From Nemertoderma westbladi (lineage: Eukaryota; Animalia; Xenacoelomorpha), in contig JAUCBJ010003050.1 of NCBI GenBank assembly GCA_032718475.1, positions 1 through 61,951 on the forward strand: 61,951 nt of DNA, given 5' to 3'. This document shows positions 12,645-24,286 of this stretch, one piece after another (position 1 is the stretch's first letter; each line of letters opens with the position of its first letter). The position numbers and the translations under genes were made by a program. Below the pieces are notes generated by a model. The model worked only from the letters and a program-made list of their open reading frames with translations. It ran no database searches and was not told where the DNA came from.

Positions 12645-13549
12645 GTTAGATATAGGCTTAAACAGTAACTACTACAACTATTAGGATCGGCATGCTGCAT
12701 TGCAGCTGCATTTTTAAGAATTCTGTGCAGGCTTGTCGACAAAATTGCGCCGCCACAACTCCCTATCACCCATGACATTTGCTAGATCATCCGCATCTTC
12801 AAGGCCAGTGTCCTTTAAGATGCGTCTCAAGAAAGTCATGGGCTGTCCACCACGCTTATTCACTCCATGAGGCTGCCAAAGTACAAGATTATGCACTGGC
12901 TGGTCCTCACGGCGAAAGCAATGTCCTGCAAACCGTCACTCGCCCTACATCACAACCACATTCTGTTTTTAGACCTTCGTGGCGAGCTCTGCGGTGCAAA
13001 GGATAACCCAAACTGTACCGATATGTCTGACACGAGAGTTTGCTGATATGTTACCGTCGACCGACTGTGATTATCTGACAGAATATTTCTGTGCCGGTTC
13101 TGGGGAAGATGTTATTTGCGCTGGAAACTGTTGCTTCACAGATTTTTGTAATGAATAGTAAAGTTAACTGAACTTACTTTCACTTTAAATTGAATGCATG
13201 AGTATGTGTAATGATTTCTAGTTCTTTTAATAACGCCTTTGTCTTTAACTAATAAGTTAATGAATAATATATGTAACTAATAATTATCACCCGCTTTGAC
13301 ACCCGACAATTAAGTAATACTGGGAGTGTTCATTTAGCTAATGGTATCGGAGTCTGAGCATTTGATTGGAGAGTGCTTTCTGACCCGGAACGGAGGGGAA
13401 GTTTTCTTTAGACTCATAAGGAACAAGTGACTCTCCTCTTCAGCCACAAAGTTTCCCGCCTCGGTCGCTGAAGGTGACAATGTTGTAACCAATAGTAGAA
13501 TCATTATTGTGGTAGCTCGGTTATCCATTTCTAGAAATATAACCAAATT
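12645..13549 (+). repeat. 905-bp local segmental duplication, copy 2
   Basis: Near-identical to 4979-5883; includes LINE tail (12667-12932), three-finger exon 2 and the 3' part of the minus-strand exon. Confidence 0.95.
12973..13158 (+). CDS. Duplicate three-finger exon 2 (alternative last exon of gene A or orphan)
   Basis: Intact acceptor and ORF; differs from 5307-5492 at two bases (A>V, V>I); no exon 1 seen between the copies. Confidence 0.55.
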   Translation, partial: TFVASSAVQRITQTVPICLTREFADMLPSTDCDYLTEYFCAGSGEDVICAGNCCFTDFCNE

Positions 13550-13590
13550 ACACCAAATATAACCAAATTACACCAAATATAACCAAATTA

Positions 13591-13809
13591 CACCATCTCC
13601 ATAACACAACAACATTTTTTAGCAGGTCGGTTTAAGCAAAACAATTTTAAAATTGAAAAATCCGGCTCTGTCAGCAGTAAGTATTATCTAACTATCTTCA
13701 CAACAAATTTCGTGCATTTTATTAAAATTTGAAAAAAGGGAGGAAGGGGGGGGGGGGGGGGGGGGTGGAACACCTGCAAAAAACGGTTGTTTTATTAATG
13801 GAGATGGTG
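13591..13809. mobile_element. TA-flanked MITE (CACCAT-terminus family)
   Basis: TA|CACCATCTCCAT ... ATGGAGATGGTG|TA. Confidence 0.8.
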
Positions 13810-15009
13810 TAATTCAATTGTAATTGGCGGTAATACGTAAGTATGAACGAATGCGGTAGTCTGATAGAATAATAATAAGGTATCATTAAGTAGTGTCATT
13901 TACAAACTTCGTTATTATTTTGTGTTTGTCTATATCACTTCGTTTCCAAAATCACTAGAGGTTTTATATAACTGTTAGATGGAACTACAGTAGGACAATA
14001 ATTGCCCCAGTACAATAATAATTGTCCCAGTACAATAATTGCCCCAGTACAATAATTATTGTCCACGCAGAATATAAACATTTGTAATCGTTTGAATGTT
14101 TGTACTGTGTCCTATAGCTATTTGTTTTTATTGTTATAAGACAGAGGGGGGACTTGACGCAAATCAAATCTCGCCGAATTAATAACTCGTTTCAGCGATA
14201 AATCATCAATTAAAGTAAAGGAAATGAGCAGGTTAGGGTGGCACTTTCTAACCAAAACAATAAGCCCAATAAGGGCAAGTTAATAGATCCAGGCAACAGT
14301 TTTATTTTTGAGAGCAATCAGCTGTTTATTGCGTCGATTTTCCCCTGGAGAGGGATGCAATTTTTATTGCGGCGAAATTTAGTAGTAAGAATAGTATCTA
14401 TTACAGTATATATCAACAGCGTTTGTAAATAATTAATACTAACAATAATAAATATAAAGCCGTCTTAAAAATATTTATCAATATTATTATTCTAATTTAA
14501 AAACATTTCTAAGAAAATATAATGGCTTACGAACGAATAAAGTTTATAAAATAAATAATAAAACTGCAGGCCTACGATATAAATTATTTCCTTTTGGAGC
14601 ACAAATGTAACCAATGAGTGCGCTCAATGCACCACTGATAACAATAAATCAACGAGACGCATTAATAGGAGTAATCAACTGTAATGTTTACGAAATTCGA
14701 TAAGGTTAACTTTATAGTATCGATATCGAATTACATCAATAACGGTTGGTGGCCACTAGACCAATATAAAACTCTGGAAGACTTCGAACAGTACGTAAAA
14801 TGGCCGGCTTCCTGAGCCTTTATAACACGCAATTTAATTAGTAATCCGTTTGACACATTGCTACACTGTATCCCTAATGTAGGAAGTCAGAAAGTGGCGA
14901 TGTGTAGTAATACTGTACCTACTGTAGAATACGTGATACTGTACTTAGATGTTACTACTAGATCGAGCGAGTTAATACGTGATCCCTCATATTTTTTTGG
15001 GAAATCTAA

Positions 15010-15318
15010 AGGCCCGTTCACAACCAACGGAACGGTAGACCGCGCGGTGTACCGCAGGGCCAGCGGTACACCGCTGACTGTGTGAACGACCCAACAGGTA
15101 GTTGTGCGCTAAACCGCGCGGTTTACCGCAGCCCGTTTAAACAATGTTAAAACAATTAATGCAATTTCCTGTTGAATTCACAGTCTACAGATAGACAATC
15201 AGTTACCGCAACGGTACCGTTGGGTGTGAACGGGCTCCGGGTAGTGTACCGCTGGCTTACCGCTTCAATACCGCCAGACTACTTTACCGCTCACGCACCG
15301 TTGGATGTGAACGGGGCT
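15010..15318. mobile_element. PIF/Harbinger-like MITE
   Basis: TIRs AGGCCCGTTCACAACCAACGG / CCGTTGGATGTGAACGGGGCT; TWA-type flanks, TSD not exact. Confidence 0.65.
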
Positions 15319-15322
15319 TTAA

Positions 15323-16249
15323 CCCTATTACCACTGGGGTGTTTAGACCATTAGCATCACTGGCGGGGGTCGATTCCCCCCCCCCCCCCCCCCCCACTGT
15401 ATTTTTGTTATCATCCAATAAAATCCTACGAAATTTGGGCTGTAGGTTAAAAAATTATCGAAGAACATTTTCAAATCCAAAAAAATGAAAATTTCATAAG
15501 GTGGGTATAATAATTTTGTAATAATCTAAGAAGTGGGCGTGGCACTTACAAATTTTGAAAAATACGATATTCGGAAAAAGCCCCCATCTTTTGATTTCAA
15601 CGCGTTTTTATAGGTTTTCTGGACCGCTGAATGAATTGAAAGTATTATAGAAGCCTGAAGACATAGTGGTTCGGCATTTTTGGTGCACCAAAATTAGGGA
15701 GTGGCACTTATTCAAATTTTGAAAAAGTACCACGCCCTAATTTTGGTGTACCAATAATGACATACCACTAAGACTTGAGGCTTCAATATTACTTTCAATC
15801 GATTAAGCGGTCCAGAAAACCCATAAAAATGTATTGAAATGAATACTTCGGAGTATTTAACGAATATTGCAATTTTGAAAATTTGAAGTGCCACGCCCTA
15901 ATTTTAGTGCACCAAAAATGACGTACCACTTCCCTTACATACTTATATAGAGTAGTAGAGTGCTCCATACGAATCAGAATCAATAAAAAAAGCCCCAACA
16001 TAAAGAATTACATACTAACTCACAAATGACCTTGTAAAATTCGAGAATTTCAAAAAAAATTCTGCTGGGGACCAAATTTTGAGGTGGCACCCACATCGAA
16101 AAGTTGAGATCTAATTGCAACGCCGTTTTTTGCAAAAGATGCGCCATTAAATTTGACTAATTCTCGTAAAAAATTTGGCTGGTACATAATGTGGTTGCAT
16201 AAATACAGCAATTAAAAACTAGGAAAGGGCCGATTCGCCTGTAATAGGG
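15323..16249. mobile_element. piggyBac-like non-autonomous element
   Basis: TTAA|CCCTATTAC ... GTAATAGGG|TTAA; internal inverted repeat about 15610-15830. Confidence 0.8.
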
Positions 16250-18252
16250 TTAATGAGATCGCAATAAATTAGAAATAGGGATAGATCACGTGACGTGATG
16301 ATCGCGATTATGCCGAATTATCCAAGGTTGACATAACGATATGGCGAGTAACCATTAGATATACAGTACATAATAACAATAACATTACCGGCACCGGATA
16401 TGTGTGGAAAGGCAGTTAGCAAGTTTAGCATTAATAAACACATACTGTAGAAAAACGATTACTAATAAATATATATAATTGGACAATGTGACGCTAACTA
16501 TCCAATTATTTTACATTAACACTGGTGTACATACAGTACATTGTCGTGTTAATGCCCTAATCGCAGCTTCGTTTGGCTAAATATAACTTTTTTGTCATAG
16601 CAATTATAAACAGCTGCAGTTGTCACATAAAAGTGCGATATATTTGTACAGTAATGTACCAAAAATGTCGTTAAACTTTTAAAGTAAAAACAACATTCAA
16701 ACTACAGTAACTTTTTGTCGGTGTTTCGTGTAAATCTAGTTTTCCCAACATATTGTAGGCTTATTTAATATGTTCCGGTAGTTAACGTAAAGCACGCATG
16801 TGGCTCGAGTTAGAAATATGAGCAATCAGTGAACGGTTATAATTATTATACTAGGGCCATTATACAAATGTAGCACCGAGTTCGAATTGTGTGTCGGTTG
16901 CTTGGGGAAAAGCACTTCTGTAATTAACAAATACTACTGCCGTAGGCCCTAATGCATACTGTAATCTACGCGGGGGTGGTCAATAAAGGCAAATACTTGC
17001 CATTGTCATTAGTTTTTGTCGCGTAAGCTTAAAGGCTTATTATTATTACACAAAAATATGAAAAACAATTAATGAAAGTAACATATAATTGTCATTGGTG
17101 ATTATAAATTAGCTACAGTGACAGTATTACTGACAACAAAGGCCAGCCACTAGCATATCAATTGATAATTTAGTCCACAGTTACCCTGTAGTTACATACA
17201 GTAGTACAGTAGGTCTATTTGTTAATTAGCTAAATCCAATAAAGTGTGTTAGACAAAATAATTGTAATTTACATGTTTAATACGGAAGGAGTAGGCAGGC
17301 CTAAGTAAAATTTGCAAGTAACAAAAGTGATTCACCCCAACCGTCACCCCTTCTGGCAATTAGGCCGAACCGACACACCTTTTGGCTATGGGAGAATTAA
17401 CCAATGAGGTGAGCTTATTTAAGGAACAGTTAGAAGCCCAGAAATAGTTCCATAGGCTGAAACGACTCCCCAATTGGAAATATGCCTACCGTACTGAGTT
17501 AGCATGGCGTACTATACGTATATGGTGGCCATGGTTGTAGGCCTACACAAATCTGTTTCAGTATTAAACTAGTACCAAACTTAGCACTGGTTCAGACCAA
17601 TGCTAAGTTCGGTACTAAACTGAATATTCAGAATCGGTTTTACAGTATCTTATCAACTGCTTTACGAATACCGATTTTTCCTGGCCCGGTGATAAAACTG
17701 AGAGCTTAGTACCGATCTGGTGTTAGCACGGTAGGCCTACAAGGGCGTTCATGAATACGGCCTCTGGTATGATGTAGTTGTGTGGTGTTGATTGCCCACA
17801 GCTCTGATGCACGAAGGCCCCAGACATGTTATGTAATTAGGCTGATTAATTTTATAAGAAACGGGCTATATAAGAAACTGAGACCTCGAATTAGCCAAAG
17901 TTTAGGAACATATTAAGAAAAACTTGAGGCTCAGAAATATTTCAAACGATTCAAATTCAGTGTGTGTACAATTAATCTTCAGAATAAAATATAATTAAAA
18001 TTGACTACAAATAAATATATTATATTATTAAAAATTAAATAGTTTATAACATGTGCAACAAATAATGTTTATTCTTATACAATTGAATGCGTCTATCACT
18101 CTTATTGTTTGTACCCTTAGCGGTACTGTAGGAGCAGTAATATAACTCTCTTACTAAGGAAAATGACTACAAACAATAAAAATGTGTGTCTAGGGTGTTA
18201 TAATCGTAATTAACTTTAAAACATTAAGGGATGTTACAATGTCGGTATGTTA

Positions 18253-18954
18253 CACCATGACCCATAAATTTTAGATTTTGCATTCATAGAATTAGAGAGG
18301 TTGCGTTGCAAGCCGAAATATGTAACAATATCTGATTTTCGTTGAGAAGCAGCTGAGATATAGGCGTTCAAAGATTGCAAGAAGTATTGTTCGCTGAGGG
18401 CCATATTCTATTAAAAAAAAACACAATGTTCTGGAACATTTTGGTTTTGTATGAATCGCTACGCAATAGAGATATTGTATAGGCATACCGTTGTTGCCCA
18501 CCAACTCATAAAATAAATAACACATTCTAGAATTTTGTTTATTTTATTAAACAGAATAAATTGCCTGCAGCGAACAATAATTCTTGTAATCTTTGAACGC
18601 CTATATCTCAGCTGTTTCTCAACAAAATTCAAACGTTGTTACATATTTGGAATCCTTGCAATGCAAGCTTTGTAATACTACGAAAAAATTACGACTAATG
18701 TGAAGAATTGTAACGACACAGAGGGTGCGATTTCGGAAAAAGACACTTTTTTTAAAAACCTATAAAAAAATTTACAGGCAAAATCGAAAATTCCGTCTTC
18801 ATGGGGACAACGACGGTGAGTTGAAATAGTTGTGTTTCAAATTTCAACCAATATGATAAAGATTTGTAGAATAATTTGGGGGGTGCGGGGGGGGGGGGGG
18901 GGGGGTCCGTGACCCGTATCATCAGAAAATGACACTATATTACGGGGCATGGTG
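18253..18954. mobile_element. TA-flanked MITE (CACCAT-terminus family)
   Basis: TA|CACCATGACCC ... GGGCATGGTG|TA; internal inverted arms related to the 2547-4784 element. Confidence 0.65.
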
Positions 18955-19270
18955 TATAACCAAAACAATAAACAAAACATTTCATATGCGATCAATTTGC
19001 GCCGGAGATCACTTTTTAAATTGCGGTTACCGGTCAATTTGCGCCACTATGTGCGCCACAATGTGCGCCACTACCTGATTTCAACATATAAACTGAACTA
19101 CTTAAACAGCTCAATACTGTAGTAGGTTCGGGGTGTCGATTGTCAACCAAAACAGGAATCAACTTTACAGCAAACTATATTCGTAGACACTGTGGAAATC
19201 AAACTCTCAGACTTATCATCATCTACCGTGTCCCCATTTACTAATTATTAAGACTATTATTTGATTCACC

Positions 19271-19372
19271 ATGTTGAAATTCTTACTAATTTCAATGCTG
19301 CTAATCGCTTGTGAAGGTTTGAAATGCAACGATATAACTGAAGAATTACCGGAGGACTGCCATACGTGCGTT
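19271..19372 (+). CDS. Secreted three-finger protein gene B, exon 1
   Basis: MLKFLLISMLLIACEGLKCNDITEELPEDCHTCV, Kozak-like CACCATG, phase-0 donor GTAAGT at 19373; absent from ORF track. Confidence 0.85.
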
Positions 19373-19552
19373 GTAAGTTACGTAAAAGTAAAAACATAAT
19401 ATTTCTTTGTGTGTGAATACTAAAAAATGACCGCACTTCATAGCAACAATAAGGAGAACGTAGTATTTATAGTAATTAGTATATTAGCACAACATACTAC
19501 AACAGTACACAATTTATTATGTTACATGGGATCGAAATAGTTCTCCTTGAAG

Positions 19553-20348
19553 CACCGCCCACATCCCTGCGCCATCGTCCAGCCCTATTGGCCGCCACGA
19601 CCTCCGCCCACATCCCTGCGCCATCGTCCAGCCCTATTGGCCGCCACGACCACCGCCCACATCCCTGCGCCATCGTCCAGCCCTATTGGCCGCCACGACC
19701 TCCGCCCACATCCCTGCGCCATCGTCCAGCCCTATTGGCCGCCACGACCACCGCCCACATCCCTGCGCCATCGTCCAGCCCTATTGGCCGCCACGACCTC
19801 CGCCCACATCCCTGCGCCATCGCCCAGCCCTATTGGCCGCCACGACCACCGCCCACATCCCTGCGCCATCGTCCAGCCCTATTGGCCGCCACGACCACCG
19901 CCCACATCCCTGCGCCATCGTCCAGCCCTATTGGCCGCCACGACCACCGCCCACATCCCTGCGCCATCGTCCAGCCCTATTGGCCGCCACGACCTCCGCC
20001 CACATCCCTGCGCCATCGTCCAGCCCTATTGGCCGCCACGACCACCGCCCACATCCCTGCGCCATCGCCCAGCCCTATTGGCCGCCACGACCACCGCCCA
20101 CATCCCTGCGCCATCGTCCAGCCCTATTGGCCGCCACGACCACCGCCCACATCCCTGCGCCATCGTCCAGCCCTATTGGCCGCCACGACCTCCGCCCACA
20201 TCCCTGCGCCATCGTCCAGCCCTATTGGCCGCCACGACCACCGCCCACATCCCTGCGCCATCGCCCAGCCCTATTGGCCGCCACGACCACCGCCCACATC
20301 CCTGCGCCATCGTCCAGCCCTATTGGCCGCCACGACCTCCGCCCACCC
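19553..20348. repeat. 49-bp GC-rich minisatellite, about 16 copies, in intron of gene B
   Basis: Unit CACCGCCCACATCCCTGCGCCATCGTCCAGCCCTATTGGCCGCCACGAC. Confidence 0.97.
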
Positions 20349-20461
20349 CTCAAACAAAGACCCACTGCCCGGACCAAGGCGATAGGCTTTGTGTGTGAAT
20401 AATAAGTTGTTTCTGAAAGGTTTCAGTTTCCTCACACACATAACTTCATTTTATATTTCAG

Positions 20462-20656
20462 AGTTTCCATATGATTTCTGTGTCAGAAAAAGTTTCCAGA
20501 AAAATAAGACTATGTCTGACTGTAGAAATGGCCAGCACCTTCCCGTCCACAGAATGCGAAGATTTACAGCAATACTTTTGTGAAGATGTAGAAGAAGTCG
20601 GCGACGATTTTGCTTGCACAGCAACATGCTGCTATACCGATTATTGTAACACTTAA
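20462..20656 (+). CDS. Three-finger protein gene B, exon 2 (terminal)
   Basis: Acceptor TTTTATATTTCAG, phase 0; SFHMISVSEKVSRKIRLCLTVEMASTFPSTECEDLQQYFCEDVEEVGDDFACTATCCYTDYCNT*; AATAAA at 20771; spliced product 98 aa. Confidence 0.85.
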   Translation, partial: SFHMISVSEKVSRKIRLCLTVEMASTFPSTECEDLQQYFCEDVEEVGDDFACTATCCYTDYCNT

Positions 20657-22689
20657 TATAATTTGGTAGTTGAGTTTGTTAATTTGGTGGCTTAGTTAGT
20701 ATTATATAATTCGGATTATGTTTAGGGAACAGCTGATATGGGGCTCATTTCGCAACAGTAAAAATAATATAATAAATTATGATACCATTATTTTCCATAT
20801 TGTTAATTTAATGCACCAATCCAGATAATATATTACATACAATATACAATATAACTAGCCAAAAATTATAAACATTATAACAAACATAGATAAAATAAAA
20901 CTCCTAACAAAACAAATTAAACAACAATGTAGACTAATATACAAATAGATTCAGCTGTTCATATTTTTATTGTAATTAAGATTAAATATTTATATATTTA
21001 AAACTTTATTGCCAGACATTTATTTACAAAACAGTATTTAAACAACACAAACACGAATTGATATTACTAAATAAATCAATGGAAATTATAAATGAAATAA
21101 TGTTCTTTTTATGTTACGAAGGAAAGTAATAAAACATTGAAATGGAATTATTCGTGTATTGCTGCGTTATAATAGTCAATAACAATGTGGAATAAAGACG
21201 CACAGAAGTGAAAAGTGGCCACATAAACCAATAAATGTTGAAAATGGTATATAAGGTGCAGTTTCTACAGTTCGTTAAAATCGCATTAGGGTCTAGGTAG
21301 GTCTGCAATTGCTATGGAAACATTGACACAAACAATTTGGCACCAACGATATATTGCTAGTTTTGGCTACAACGATGGTTAGAATTCAAGATATTCGGTA
21401 ATTAAATGGTTCCACCTTGTTTTGCAGTCTCAACATTAATTTTGGACGGTCTACACTTATATATTGATGGAACATTACAGTGGAATATTCCACGGTAGAA
21501 TGATAAACACTATATATAAGATTACAGCTTAACGGGCACTCTTGTTATGTTTTACATAAATATGTTCAAGGAAATTTACAGACAGTATACTTTACCGGTT
21601 AAAGTGGAGTGGCTTAGCGAAGAAACTATTCAACAAAGTTTCATTGGGAGTATAGCTGACAAAAAAATCACTTGCTCCAAAAAATATCTGTAGTAATGAA
21701 ACATATATTCTAAAAGAAATTGGCAAAATACAATCCGAAAAAAGCTAGAGTAGTAGAGAATAGGGATATAAATAGTTATGTTCCAGAATAATTTAATTAA
21801 CTGCACAACAAGCTGAGATTCAATTGGAAATTAATTCAATTTAGACAGACCATTCGGACTGGTAACTTTAGAAGTAACAAACCATTTTTAAATATATAAA
21901 AATCGACCCATATATTAAGATTAGCAAAAAATATTATACAATTCCACTGCAATGCAATAAAATTTTGACTGTTGTATTGATTTTAGATTAAATCGATATA
22001 TTTTCTTTTGTTTAAAAACCACAATACTTTAAGAGAACATGTCAATTTTTTGGGTACATGGCTTTTTAAAGTCAACAAATCAGAATGGCGTGGTTAGATT
22101 ACCATGAGTTAGCGAGATTTTGTGTTTATTTATAAATAAGTTTCCCATGTTGTACCAGCCGGCACATCTAACAAGAGCAATCGGTTTCCATCACGACTGC
22201 GAGTTTCTCCCTGCGTGGAATATGCAGTGAGGATTATGTTCTAGAATGTCCCAACACCCCACAGTTAATATAATTTAGCTGATTCATCAAACAGAGTACC
22301 GGTACTTTATTAAACACTAAATCGAATAATAGCATTTTTAAACTCTAGAATATCAGATATTTTTGATACTTTTGGACATATCGCCGCGCAAAATTCTTAA
22401 ATATTATGAGGTGAACCTGTGAACCATATCCCGGCAGACACTAAGCAAAAGAAACACTTGATATAAATATTTAAAAATATGCAACAATAACACAAAGCTA
22501 TCCGGTATGATCTAATAGGATAATAGGAATGATGAATGGCAATGTTGTATGTAGTTAATGGTAATCAGAAATGTAATAAATCAGAAAATAAATTACAACA
22601 ACAAAACACCAACAGAAACACAATATTAATTACCATAAAACATAAAATCGACTACAATAGAAAAAAATTATATAAACACCAAACCTGGT

Positions 22690-23735
22690 TTAGTTGGTAA
22701 CCCAGAGCCGGTAGTTGGTAACCCAGAGCCGTTAGTTGGTAACCCAGAGCCGTTAGTCGGTAACCCAGAGACGTTAGTTGGTAACCCAGAGCCGTTAGTT
22801 GGTAACCCAGAGCCGTGATTTGGTAACCCAGAGCAGTTAGTTGGTAACCCAGAGCCGTTAGTTGGTAACCCAGAGACGTTAGTTGGTAACCCAGAGCCGT
22901 TAGTCGGTAACCCAGAGCCGTTATTTGGTAACCCAGAGCAGTTAGTTGGTAACCCAGAGCCGTTAGTTGGTAACCCAGAGACGTTAGTTGGTAACCCAGA
23001 GCCGTTAGTCGGTAACCCAGAGACGTTAGTTGGTAACCCAGAGCCGTTAGTTGGTAACCCAGAGCCGTTAGTCGGTAACCCAGAGACGTTAGTTGGTAAC
23101 CCAGAGCCGTTATTTGGTAACCCAGAGCCGTTAGTTGGTAACCCAGAGCCGTTAGTTGGTAACCCAGAGCCGTTAGTTGGTAACCCAGAGCCGTTAGTTG
23201 GTAACCCAGAGCCGTTAGTTGGTAACCCAGAGCCGTTAGTTGGTAACCCAGAGCCGTTAGTTGGTAACCCAGAGACGTTAGTTGGTAACCAAGAGCCGTT
23301 AGTTGGTAACCCAGAGCAGCTAGTTGGTAATCCAGAGCCGTTAGTTGGTAACCCAGAGCAGTTAGTTGGTAACCCAGAGACGTTAGTTGGTAACCCAGAG
23401 CCGTTAGTTGGTAACCCAGAGCCGTTAGTTGGTAACCCAGAGCCGTTAGTTGGTAACCCAGAGCCGTTAGTTGGTAACCCAGAGACGTTAGTTGGTAACC
23501 CAGAGACGTTAGTTGGTAACCAAGAGCCGTTAGTTGGTAACCCAGAGCCGTTAGTTGGTAACCCAGAGACGTTAGTTGGTAATCCAGAGCCGGTAGTTGG
23601 TAACCCAGAGACGGTAGTTGGTAACCCAGAGCCGTTAGTTGGTAACCCAGAGACGTTAGTTGGTAACCCAGAGACGTTAGTTGGTAACCCAGAGACGTTA
23701 GTTGGTAACCCAGAGCCGGTAGTTGGCAACCCACA
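22690..23735. repeat. 21-bp minisatellite, about 50 copies
   Basis: Unit GTTAGTTGGTAACCCAGAGCC. Confidence 0.97.
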
Positions 23736-24286
23736 GCCGCTGGTTAATCAGCTAAGTTTATAATTTGCAGTGATCACTACCGGTTAGGGATTCGGCACAA
23801 CCTATTAACCTGAGTTGGGGAACTTAAAAACAATTATCGGTAACTTCGATATATAAATAAATTATACCGTACAAACAAATGAATTAAATAAACGAAGCGC
23901 TGACTATGCAGTGTTTATTGTTATAGCAAATACAGAATAAAAGATAAACTCTCGACTCGATTAAGAAGATTTACTGAGTCCATAAGAGAATATTAAATCC
24001 TCGTTTTTTCATATTTTTTCCGATTTAGTCACATTGACTTTTAAGCCAATATATTGATATAGCGGAAAAAAACAAGGTTTACATGTCCACAGGGATTCCG
24101 AATATAAATATAAACCTAAACGATATTAATATATTTTTTCAGGCTTTCATGTCAATTTAGATGAAAGTTTAATGAACTATGTTTTAACAATGACAAGAGG
24201 ATATTATGTTCAACATGTTCCGTTCCCACGAGTTTAGGCCGATCTCAATAAACCGAACTTTATTGCAACGTAATAATTAATAAAGT

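Noticed and set aside
19519-20402. Three Pro-rich 238-288 aa ORFs (extensin/mucin-like)
   Set aside because: A stop-free 49-bp unit opens all three frames; the array lies inside the gene B intron
22652-23734. Antifreeze- or adhesin-like repeat protein
   Set aside because: No ATG, signal peptide or flanking coding sequence
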